A DNA stretch of 64,000 bases. Source: Hypanus sabinus (Eukaryota). Positions within the stretch are counted from its first letter, which is position 1. The number at the start of each line of letters is the position of its first letter. Positions 36,341 through 47,925 of the stretch are shown piece by piece. Made by a program: the position numbers and the translations under genes. Below the pieces are notes generated by a model. It saw only the letters and a list, made by a program, of their open reading frames with translations, did not search any database and was not told the DNA's origin. The DNA lies in the NCBI RefSeq assembly GCF_030144855.1, contig NC_082717.1, positions 76,694,001 to 76,758,000 of the forward strand, written 5' to 3'.

Positions 36341-39300
36341 ATAAGAAATAATACGTTATTGGAGTAGTGTAAATAAGCCATGGAACCTTGACCAAGATTT
36401 ATGAATTCAAGTCCTGTTATGGCAGCTGGGAAACTTAAATACAAGTACTTAAATAAATCTGGAATTAACATTAACTTAAGTGAAGCCAGTGACATTTTGA
36501 CATTGACTCTCTAACCAAAAGAAACATTCTTTTCTGTTTTTTTCTATCAGAATAAAAGAATATTAATTCATAATTTTAAAACTTTTGCTCAACTTCATCT
36601 ATGCTTTTCATCTGTTTGAGTAGAAACAAATTTTGATGTGTTAATATTGTCCGAACATTCAAGTATCTAACTGCAAATAGAGAACAGAGGACTTAATTCC
36701 CTGTCTATGTGATTGCCAATCTGAAGAAGGCTGAATTTGGTGAGTGCTGTAGCCTGTCAGATTGGAAATGATTGGTTAATTCAAAAACACTCTTGTTGAC
36801 CACACTGCATTAAGTCACTTAGATTGATACACATAATTTAGTTTGTAGTTATTCTCATTCACTGCAATTTTTGAGAAATTGTTCTCTCATGTTTGGAAAA
36901 AATGTTGTGGTTACAGTTTACTCCAGTCTGTAAGCACATACTGTTTTCCAAGCGTAACAAAATCTCCTGTTGATATGACTCTTGTCTCATCCTACCTCCA
37001 GCTCGTTGGCCAATGTGTAGTTGTTTGAAAGATAGCTCTTACCTTAATGATGATGTTTATGGGACAGCCATTTACAGGGTTGTAGTAGAGTCGGTGACCT
37101 TAGCAGCAAGAATATTTTTTTAAACAAAATTGTTTTCTGTTTTTCCTGGTTTTCTGCCTTTTCCTCTTCGTTCACGGCACAATTTCATTGATGCTCCTTT
37201 TTTGAAAGGGCATGGATAATGTGGCCACTGTTCATGTTTGACAACCTTTCAATACTAACTGCAATTTCTATCATGCTCCAAACACACAAAGATCTCACAT
37301 TCATGTAGAGTGCAATAGACAACTAGTTAGCAGAAAAGATCTCTCCTTTTTATCTCCGTGTTACTGTCCATCTTTCAATGTGTTCTTGCCCATGGCTGAG
37401 TTAACTAGAAACACCCTGCCATATTCTTTAGGAAGGCTTTTCAACTCAGAGAGAGAGGATGATTAGGCAGAAGTATTGAGAGAATACGATTCAGACTGGG
37501 ATATAGTGAATAAAGAGGAGACTACAATGAGGAATCCAAACCAGGCACAATTAAGGAAGATGCATGAAGAGATTAATGGTTGGAACAAGCCAGGACAGAC
37601 TAAGAACATGGAATTTTTGGAAATCAAGAAAGAATTGGAAGCAATGAAAGCTGATAATGCGACTAAGGGTGCCAGCTACAGAATAAGTAAATTTTAAGTA
37701 ATGATTTAAAACTGAATTAATTGCAAGGAAATGCCACACAACAGCAGGAAGCCTACTTTGCAAGATAATAAGATGGAAGTCACTGGCTAATCAATGCAAA
37801 TGTAGGTGTTGATGCTTCATTAAGGCATTCCATCAAGTGTCCAGCAGTGGAGCTGTGTCTATCTATGATTACATTTGTGATTCATCTCACTGACTTCATG
37901 CCAAGTTGCACTAGGCACAGGGTAAGAGATATCAAACATTTCAATGGGAAGGTTGGGTCACAATACCCAATACCCAATTATTACTTGACCATATATTTTG
38001 CCTTGTCTTGCTAGATACTACTAAAATACAACATCCCTGTGAGATTCTGCTTAATCTATACCCAACAAGTACAGGTGAGGAACCAAACAGTGGGAGTGGT
38101 TCAAGAAGACATGGCCAAGTATTTCAAAAGCAGAATAAAGGGGTCTGACAGTGGTTGTATTAGAAATAAAATGAGGGGATTGAAGCATTTTATACAGTAG
38201 GGTAGGTGATGATGGGGACTGGTTCTGTCAGTTGAGATTTAGGCGGATGAGCAAGAGAACTAAATAAGCTGATGAAGTTTATTTCCAATGTGGAAATTGC
38301 TATTCAGCCCATTTCTGTCCTTGCCTGACTGTCATTGGAATCAGTCTTATAGTGCATGGAAATAGGTCATTGACTCAAATCATTCATACCACCCAAGGTA
38401 CCTATCTGATTCAGTCCCATTTCTATGTATTCTCTCAAAACCTTTATCATCCATGTATCCATCGACGTCTTTTAAAAGCTGTAATTGTATTTCGCTTCAC
38501 CAATTCCTCTGGTGTCTTGTTCCATAGACCCACCACTCTAAGAATTAATGTGACATCCCTTCCTCTACACACCCAGCTAATGCAATTTTATGAGTAAATG
38601 GTATGTAAATGAGGTCCATAACCTTTACCACCAGGAAGGATAAAGGTAGCAGGCACGCAGGGACACTGGCACCTGCTGACTCTCCTACAAGGATCCTTTA
38701 GATCAAAATCCTTAAACTCTCTACCCTGACAGCAGGCTGGGAGCACCTTCACCCTGAGGACTGCAGAGGCTTAAGAAAGTTATTCACCACCGCTTGCTCA
38801 AGGGTGCAAACTATAATTAGAAGCAGACAATAATTTTTGTCTTTCCAGTGATGCCAGATCCTGAATAAATTAAACCAAAAGCAGTAATGACATATGGAAC
38901 TTAGCGACTTCGAATATTGACTGGCTGAGCTAATCTGTACTGTTGTTTAGACACTTTTGGAGCTAAAATGTTTTCGTTTTTTTCCTATGCTAGAGTGGTG
39001 TAAATCTGTTTGGCCGTTGATCTGAACTTGTTTAATCTCTAAGAAAGAATTTGAATAAATCCTTAACAGTTCTGGATAAAAGATCGGTGCAGCCATCGCT
39101 ATCTCTTTCGGGTTGATTCATTACACTGATTGGCTGCCAAGATCTGTGGCTTCTTCTACCATTGTGATTGTGTCCTGGAACTTGTGCATCCGCCTCTGGT
39201 CACGCAAAAGTGGCTGCTATGTGGAGCTCCGCACGCTGAGTTTGAGGATTTATGTGATAGAGCAAATTTTTCTGTCTCATTTTATTTTGTTGCTGATTCA

Positions 39301-39459
39301 ATTTCCCTTCACTTTGGAGTGGGATTTGGATGCAAGAGTCATGAAATGTAACAGCTGTGTGCCTTGTAGTTTAGCTTAATAGGTAACTCCTTCGTCTTTT
39401 CTATTTACACCGTGATTTTTGTCGTCATCAAAAAAATTTGAGGTTGCTGCAAATTTTCT

Positions 39460-39912
39460 ACTGCCATGACGAGGCCAAACTCAGGTTGGAGGAGCAACAC
39501 CTCATATACCGTCTGGGTAGTCTCCAGCCGCTTGGCATGAACATTGACCTCCAACTTCTGGTAATTCTCTCCCTCTCCCTTCCCCCATCCCATTTTCACT
39601 CTGCCTTCTCTTCTAGCTGCCTATCACCTCTCTCATGATTCTGCCTTCTTCTACTACACAGTGCTTTCCCCTTACATTCCTTCTTCACCTTTCCTGCCTA
39701 CCTCCTCCCTGCTTCCCCTCCCCTACCCCTGGATCTTTCCTCTGATTGGTTTTTCACCTGACACCTCCCAGCCCACCCTCCCCCCACCTTCTTTATAGGG
39801 CCCCTGCCCCCTCCCTCTTCAGTCCTGATGAAGGGTCTCAGCCCGAAACGTTGACTGTTGGTTTCCACGGACGCTGCCCAGCCTGCTGAGTTCCTCCAGC
39901 TTGTTGTATGTC
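39460..39912 (+). mobile_element. 5'-truncated Penelope-like element
   Basis: LRLEEQHLIYRLGSLQPLGMNID matches the GIY-YIG C-terminus of the 14381 copy; 13-bp TSD CTGCAAATTTTCT (39447-59, 39913-25). Confidence 0.92.
39820..39857 (+). ncRNA. Minimal type I hammerhead ribozyme, intact core
   Basis: Stem I CAGTC/GACTG; CTGATGA (39825-31) plus extra A; stem II GGGT-ctca-GCCC; GAAAC (39845-49); GTT triplet (predicted cleavage after 39852); palindromic AACGTT in place of helix III. Confidence 0.85.
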
Positions 39913-40206
39913 CTGCAAATTTTCTTCCTGTAGGTAGTCATATGTCACAGAAATGGAATAGGCAGTCTTGGTGAGGGGGTAAATGTGTAATTATATCTCA
40001 ATTAGAAGGCCAATACAATGCTAATACTGTGAATTTCTCAGATTAAGTTCAGGTCAATGGTGTCCAGGGAAAGGATAGAAATGGAGTTTGTTTTATACTC
40101 ATATGACAATACTTTGACTCAACCATTCTCATGCTAATCCATACAAAGAAATAAATTGTAGGTAATGAAGGAGTGGTTATACACTCGACGAGACATCTGT
40201 CAGTAT

Positions 40207-41022
40207 TGTTACGTACCCCGTAACTGGGTCACTTACCAGCAAAGATAGAGAGGTCTGTTGAAGTCTGATGGTACTATTTTTAACAGTATTTATTGATAAA
40301 AATACACAAAAATAATATCAATGCAAACATACAGATAATATATGTCGTCAATACTAAATCTAAAAGCGTGGGTATAATAATAATCAATAAGAAATAGCTC
40401 TATCATTGTCTAGGGGATAATATATTGTCCGATGGAAATATAAAAGTCACTCAAGTTCATTCAAGCTGCAGCTTTTTGGTTGGAGAGAAAGACGGAGATT
40501 TAACTTGCCCATTCCTTTTATGATGTCAATCCTTCGAGAGTCGTTCGGGACTGGTTTCCCCTTTGTGGTTAGCTAAAGTCGTGCTTTCGTGGTAAAGGCC
40601 CACCAACTCTGAGGCAAATGGAAAAGGACGCACGTGGGCTTTTCCATCGGCTTTCGCTATTACGCTGTTACAGGAATTCTAGCATTTCTTCTGGTGCGTC
40701 TGAAGGGGCTGTTCCCCAGACCCTCTTTAATCATGACTCACAGGGTCTCAGATGTCAATCAGGTTGGGATGATGCAATCCCTCCACCAACCCCCCCACCT
40801 CAGTTCATTGCCTGGGGGCTTCGACGCATCGTACAGTATTCAATACACAATACCGTCTCCAAGAGACAATAGCCGTTATCAATGGTTCCGCCTTTCGGAG
40901 GCCAGGACACATTCCAAACTCTTTGTGGATTCTGCATGTCTTTCTCTCATTTCCTGGGTTTCCTGAACTGACTTAATAGTGATCTTGCGATTCTCAGAAA
41001 GGAGGGGGCCACGGGCGTAACA
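40207..41022 (-). mobile_element. Solo LTR (816 bp), same family as 11231-12041
   Basis: TGTTACG...CGTAACA inverted ends; flanks GTAT/GCAT (4-bp TSD with one mismatch); shared ACTTACCAGCAAAGATAGAGAGGTC and GGAGGGGGC blocks. Confidence 0.85.
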
Positions 41023-41999
41023 GCATACACTTGGATTCTGCCATGTCATTGGACAATGGGCCATGCGTGGATGAAAAAGTTCCCTTCAAAGGGAAGGGTA
41101 CATAATTAGGACACTCCAGATCCATTGGTGTAGTTGTGAAACTTGCATCAAATTTATGGGACTATGATTAGTGGAAAAAGAACCAAACAAAGGCAGTTAA
41201 CACACAACAGGGGGAAAATTAGGAGGATAGTGTGGTTAACTGGCAAAAGTTGTGGAACTGTTGTGAAGAATATTGGATTGGCCTTAGAGCCACATTCCCA
41301 TAACCTTTGCGTTCTCCAGTGGTCCAAAATTCTGTCTCACCCATTAATGAGTCAGTGTGTACATTTGCCTGGATCGCACATTCCTGAGATCCTTGAGAGA
41401 AGAAATTCTTCGTCATCTCAGTCCTGCTATGTCTTCACTTACACTTCCCCTGTCAGAGCACAGAGTAAAACCTATGCTTTTTGGCTGATCTTGTAACCTG
41501 CTTCTCGAGATATATCCTGAGACTCCCGTTCATTTGATTACTCTTCTTTGCAGCAACCGGATGTGTTTTTTTAACATATTAGAAACATCAAGTCGTTCTT
41601 CTAGTGAGAAAGAAGCTTGCCAAAGTTTGCTGCAAAGATTTTCAGCAAATTTGCCACCTATAGTGGCTTTACATCGAGTAAAGTGAGTTGAATGGATCAC
41701 TCTTTTGTGGGGATTTGACTCAATAAAGACCCCTGGCCTATATTCTTCACTGTGTGACTATCAACAATACAGACATACATCCTAAGTGGTCAAAGTTAGT
41801 GCATCGTCAGCCACAGGAATGAGGAAATGATCTAAAACATTGGCATGTGTTGAAATGCAGATGAATGTACTGAACTGAATGGAGTGGAATCTCTCATTAT
41901 TACTTGAGCCCATGATAGGATGAAATACAACTCCATGTTTTTTGACCAGATGATGAATTGTTGTGAAATGCAGACAAACATATTTCATAATTTCTGACA

Positions 42000-42310
42000 A
42001 TGCAGAAGGAGGTTATTCACCCTGACATGTTTGTGCTGATTGTCATGTATTTTCTATCAGTCCATTCTCCACTGATTTCCTTGCATGTTATTCTCTTCGA
42101 TTGTCCGGCCATCCACCTACATGAGGGCAATTTTCAGAACCTGTAAAGTACTGCCAAGTTTTTGTGATAATGGAAGAAACCATACCATGGGGGTAGTGGG
42201 GAGAGTCCTGTGCAGTCACAGGGTTTGTGTACAAACTTCAATAGAAGGCAGACGAGCTCAGGATTGAATCTGGCTTGCTGGAGCTGTGTGGCCCTAGCAC
42301 TAAATACTGC
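42000..42310 (-). mobile_element. Decayed V-SINE-like copy
   Basis: gtcacaggg...gtacaaacttc...caggattgaatctgg...ctggagctgtg (reverse B-box-like head). Confidence 0.5.
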
Positions 42311-42390
42311 ACCAAAGTGCCACGGCACGCGGAACTGTCTGAAGCAAAGGCCATATCTTGAATGTCTTGAAAGAGAAGTGCCCGATGTAT

Positions 42391-42530
42391 TTCTCCAGTC
42401 CTGATGAAGGGTCTCGGCCCAAAACATCGACTGTACTCTTCTCGATAAATGCTGCCTGGCCTGCTGAGTTCCTCCAGCATTTTGTGTGTGTTGCTTGGAT
42501 TTCTGGCACCTGGAGATTTTCTCTTGTTTG
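42391..42530 (+). mobile_element. 140-bp Penelope-derived mini-element (hammerhead plus tail)
   Basis: CAGTC-CTGATGA-agggtctcggccc-AAAAC-ATC-GACTG (two CpG-type G>A changes) plus tail; 9-bp TSD CCGATGTAT (42382-90, 42531-39). Confidence 0.9.
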
Positions 42531-43614
42531 CCGATGTATAGATGTTATGTTGATATACAGGCCGCTTGATTCCTTTCGTGACCATGCCTTCAGCTGACTG
42601 GACCCCAAACTCTGGACGTCGCTAGCCGCTCCATCTTCTTCCAACTTTTAAAAATGTTTCTTAAAGCTTACATTCTTGAAACTAGTTGTGGGCACCAAAT
42701 ATTGTTGGATAATCTGTCCTGTACATTTGAGTGCCCAAGAGCAAAATTAACTCCTGCACACATATTTACCATAGCAACAGCACAAGGAACTCACCTTATA
42801 CACTGCTCACATATGGCACCACAGAGAATTGACATTCTTCTTTGCTTAGCAATGACAGGCAAATTCCACCTCATTCAGTGCTTGTCATGAGTGAATCATT
42901 CCCTGGACCACATCCATCCAGCCTTTGTAAATATAGCTCTGACCAGGTCAAGGACATGAGAGAAAGCTTCAAAAACAGAGGCTGAAGTAAAAAAAAAGAC
43001 TGAAATGAAAAGAAGAGGAGGAAATGTGAAATATAGAAAGAAACTTTGCAAGCCTTCCCTCGGCAGATTTGTTTGAGGGGCATGTAAAATGATTGCAAAT
43101 GTGTGTATGATATGTCTCCTTCAGTTCATATAATGCACTGTATCTTGAAGGGTGAATAGCAGAGAGAATGACCTACCAGGAATTGTCATATATTAGATGG
43201 GCTTAATGGCCTCCCTTGTCAAAACTGAGCATAATCTACCCTTGCAGGTGACAGCCAGGGTCTATGAGCCTGTTCTATTGTGAGCTGACCCTCATCCATT
43301 GTAACAGGACCAGCACTGTTAATGCCATCAGCTACAGGGTGATGAAATCAACCTCTGGAGCTAATTACAACCATGCCCAAGATGTACGTGTGTGTGAGCC
43401 ATCTGACAGTCTGAAAGGCTTTCCCACAAAGTAGCTAGAGGTCTGGAACTTATTTGCGATAGTCTCATAAACTCATCTTCTATGTGGACGGAAAGAACCT
43501 CAAAGAATATGGTGCACGAGTTTCCTCCTTGTGTCCTTAGGACAAACTCCAGACCTCCAATGTCTGACTGATTCTGTCAAACTCTAAGTGCTATGGACAA
43601 AGTACTGTGTAATG

Positions 43615-44440
43615 CAGTGGATTCTGGTTAATTTGCACATTGGTTAAATGGGGCAGTTGCTAATTTAGGACAACTCTTTAAGAACAAAGCCTAATTAAGA
43701 AAATAGTCAAGATTGCCTTTCCCCTTTGTTTATTTGGGACATTATGCCACTTAATTGGAGACTGTTGCCAAACAATTAGAAACTAGCATCAGATACATGC
43801 ACTTGTGGGGCTTTGAATGAACAGTTTTTAAATAGCGCCAGTTGCATGTGTTTGTGTTTGAAAAGCAGTAATTTTTGTCACTGATAGTTGGTGAAAAGTA
43901 AGCAGTAAGACAATTTGGAACTGTTTTGCTCACTGCAGTATCTAGCTTTCAGGCTTGGAGATGCCAGAAATGGCCAGGAGTGAAAATGAAATGAGTTTGC
44001 TACTTCAAGAATTTAGGAACTTGTATTCAACAAGTTAGGAATTTGAAGGTTTTGCCAGTCTTCCTGAATTTTACAATGAAAATGAAGATTTGGAGGAGGC
44101 AATTGTTAAAAGCATTGTATAAAGGCAGTCTGTTACTTGCACTACGAGTCTGTGCTGATTTTGGTCAAGTCAATCCAAGCAACATGGCAGTGTACACTGG
44201 GTGAATTCCTGCGTCGAGAACTAATAGGAACTAATACATAGATAGTTCTGTAGAAGGATTTGCAGTGTTCTAATTTGTTCTGTGTTTCATTTAATTACAT
44301 AATTTGTTACTCAGTTAAATGGTGGTTTGTATTTTAATACTTTTTTGACGATTTCCATGAAACTTTGACTAGTTGGACAGCTGCTGAATTGGGTCAAAAT
44401 GTGCTAGTCCCAGCATGTCCCAGTTAACCAGAATCCACTG
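43615..44440. mobile_element. Tigger/pogo-like MITE
   Basis: 17-bp TIR CAGTGGATTCTGGTTAA; TA on the right, TG on the left. Confidence 0.8.
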
Positions 44441-44744
44441 TATATATTCTATTCCCTTTGCAAGGTATTACAGCATTCAATCTGCTGACATTACACTTTA
44501 AGGTCATTCTTTCCAATTCACCACAACTCATGGCAAATCCCTATTGGTTCCTTAGCTAACCGATTTCAAAATTCTGAACCACTTATCAGTGGATACGGTT
44601 TCTCCTCATTTACTCTGTTAAAAATTTTTGTAACATCTCTTATTAAGTAAAAAGACAATGCATTCTTATTCCATCTTTTACAACTTCAGAACATTTCAAA
44701 TTGACTTATGAATAAACAGAGGCTAAATAATAATAAACGAATAA

Positions 44745-45048
44745 CCACAAGGTTCAAGATAAGTTGCTACCCCTCAACCATCGGGCACTTGAACAAAAGG
44801 GGATAACCACACTCACTTAAGGACTCTGTTATATTGTTATTTCATGCTCATTATTTATTACTATTAATTTATATCTGTATTTGTGCAGTTTGTTTACAGT
44901 TTATAGTTTCTGATGTTTACAGTTTACAGTTACTGTTCTATAGATTTGCTAAGTATGCATGCAGAAAAAGAATCTCAGGGTTGTATATGGTGGCATATAT
45001 GTACTCTGATAAAAAGTTTTACTTTGAACTTTTGAACTTTGGACTTTG
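44745..45048 (+). mobile_element. Rex1/Babar-type 3' end
   Basis: Reverse-complement match to 28965-29300; ACTTTGA-repeat tail. Confidence 0.7.
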
Positions 45049-45243
45049 ATGGTCTTATAGAAATTCATTGATTATTTATCAAGCTCCCATAAATATCATG
45101 CAGGACATCGGGGATTGCTCTGTTGATCTTCATTGTCAGAAAGACAATTCCGGCAAAAGCAACTACAGGGATGGGTTCTCAACCTGAGACAAGGTCATGT
45201 CTCTGATATTGATTATTTATTCCTTGGCTACCAAGCACTTGAT

Positions 45244-45988
45244 GCCCATTCACCTCCCCCCACACCTCCATCCAGGGCCCCAAACAGTCCTTCCAGGTGA
45301 CACAACACTTCACCTATGTATCTACTGGGGTTGTCTGTTGTGTCTGGTGCTCCTGATATGGCCTCCTCTACATTGGTGAGACATGTTTTAAATTGGGGGA
45401 CTGCTTCATCGAACATCTCTGCTCCATCCATCTAAAGCAGAACTTGCCATTGGCCAAGCATTTTAATTTGATACCGTTCCTGCTCTGACATGTTGGTCTA
45501 TGGCTGCCTCTTGTGCCAAGATGAAGTCATCCTCAGGGTGGAAGAGCAACTCCTTATATTCCATTTGTGTAGTCTCCATCCTGATGGCATGAAAATCAAT
45601 TTCTCCATCCAGTTAGAAAAATTCACTCCCTGTTCCCTGTTCTTCTATTTCCCACTTTGGCTTCTAACCTCTTCTCACTTGCCTATCAGCTCCCCCTAGG
45701 TACCCTCCTCCTTCCCTCTTTCCTATGGTACAGTCTCCTTTCCTATCAAATTCCTTCCTCTTTATCTTTCCTCACCACCTGGCTTCACTCATCACCTTCT
45801 AGCTATCCCCTTTCCCTCTCCCCACCTTTTTATTCTGTCCTCTTCCCCCTTCCTTTCCAGTCCTGAGGAAGGGACTCAGCACACGTCGACTGTTTATTCA
45901 TTTCAACAGATGCTGTATAACCTGGTGAGTTCCTCCAGCGTTTTGGTGCGAGCTGCTTTGCATTTCCAGCATCTGCAGACTTTCTTGT
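45244..45988 (+). mobile_element. 5'-truncated Penelope-like element, older
   Basis: GIY-YIG remnant (LRVEEQLLIFHLCSLHPDGMKINFS); broken hammerhead at 45858-45892 (CTGAGGA kept, GAAA lost); 9-bp TSD GCACTTGAT (45235-43, 45989-97). Confidence 0.88.
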
Positions 45989-47479
45989 GCACTTGATAAC
46001 CAATGCAGTGATGTATCTTGACTCCTAAAGGTTAACCAAGAAATAGTAAAGTGGCACATAAACTCTTCTCCAACTTCCGGCCAGGTACAGGTGTCAATCT
46101 TAAGCAATGTTTTGATGATAAGTTCATTATTGATGAAGATCTGTAAAATGGTTTCTTTCCCAATACTCCTTTAGCATGGATGATCTTATTACCATACAAA
46201 TAAAATTTTCCAAAAGTTTGAAGACAGAGATATGAAAAGGTTGGTCACTGGACCTGACCAGATCAATAGCGGGAAACTATCATACTAAATAAGTGACAAG
46301 GAATGTCCATCCCCAACTGGGAAGACTTTATCCACTTGTCATTGAAATCCATTGGCATTCCCACTGGTAAATCCCCAACTGGATTAAGGAGAGCAAGGCC
46401 TTCTATGCAAGTTGCAAGGGCACCTTCTTTCTTTCTTAGAAGGTTAAACACTTTGCTTGCCCTAACTTAGTTGATTACAGTGATCAAACGTGTCAATGGT
46501 ATTTAACTTTGTGGATTCTTAGTGCAGTTACACACATTGTGTGCGATTGGCACACAGCCAAATGCACTGTCATGGACATATCTCTGATTTATCTTTGCTG
46601 TACAGCTTCTCCCGGGAAAGAAAAAAGAAGTGAAATTAGTTGAGCAGAATTTAATGATTTTCAGGTGCAACCACTCCCAGTTCTTCAGCCTTGGAGATGC
46701 AATGGAATCTGTTCATGCAATAAAACATTATTTTCTGCAGTCATGTACTGTGTTAACTCTTTTTCATCAATTATAAGTTCAATTTCAGGAGCAAGTGAAG
46801 CTCTTAATTATTTTCTGTTCTCCTTTGGGCATCTTGCACGAAGATTACATGCCTTGGGTAAATCTTTCTGAAAACTTTCTTCCTATTTTTTCAAGTCATT
46901 TCTTAGAAGCACATACCTCCTATTCCTCCATTACCTTATTTGACCTGTCTGGTGGTGGTAACACATAAAGCTCATCATATGGGTTTAAGCTCTTTGCTTT
47001 ATATCATCTTCACTTTATTTCCACTACCATGCAACCATATTTGTTTCCAGATGTGGCTGGACTAGACCTGAAGATCCTTTGTCTTCTATGGAATAGCATT
47101 TCTGTAGGAGACTAGTGAAGTGAATGCTAGAAAGCTAAAATAAAACCTGACAATATTTAAACCTTCTGAAGGTCAGACAGCATCTCTGGAAAGAGGAGCA
47201 GATTTAAAGTTTCTAGTCCAAGACCAGAATCAGAATTTGGGAGGCGAACTGTGTTGGTCTCTGTTCAAGGAAGAAGAGGAGGCTCTCAAGGTGAGATTAC
47301 GTGGAGTTATATTTCCCTGGCGCAGAATGATTTCTCCCATAAATCTGATCTGCTTATTTAGTCTCTCTTTAGTTGTCCTTACGTATTTTTCAGCTTCTCC
47401 ATTTGAAACAGTAATGCTTCATCTCTAAGAGAGAACAGAATCGAGATGCAGATGACCCCAATGCTTAGAGATTGGCAAA

Positions 47480-47925
47480 AGTTCGAGAGCTAGTATCGCT
47501 AGGCTCAAGGACAGCATCTATCCTGTTGTCCTGTTGAATCTATCCCATTGGTTGATAGATTATTGATTGGTCAGGGCATGAAGGGTTACATTGACAAGGT
47601 AGGAGATGGGGGCTGAAAGGAACATTGGATCAGCCATGATGAAATGGTGGAGCAGATCTGATGGGCCAAATGGCCTAATTCTGCTCCTATGCCTTATGGT
47701 CCTATGATCTTTTAAGACTCTAGTATGACAAAAATAAACTCTTAATCTTGTTATGGCCCTTGTACCTTATTTGCCCACCTGCACTGCACTTTCTCTGTAT
47801 CTGTAATCCTATATTCTGCATTCTGGTGATTCTTCTTTTGATAACCTTGATGTACTTACGTATGGAATAATATCAATAGATTCCATGCAAACAAAGATGT
47901 TTCAGGGTATCTCAGTACATTCAAG
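47480..47925 (+). mobile_element. Rex1-type 3' end with a nested CR1 3' end (about 47550-47710)
   Basis: aggctcaaggacagcatctatcctg start; CR1 tail ggcctaattctgctcctatgccttatggtc as at 54605-54637. Confidence 0.55.

Noticed and set aside
37476-37697. Charged coiled-coil-like 73-aa ORF
   Set aside because: Non-ATG start directly after an in-frame stop, no convincing splice sites, no recognised homology.
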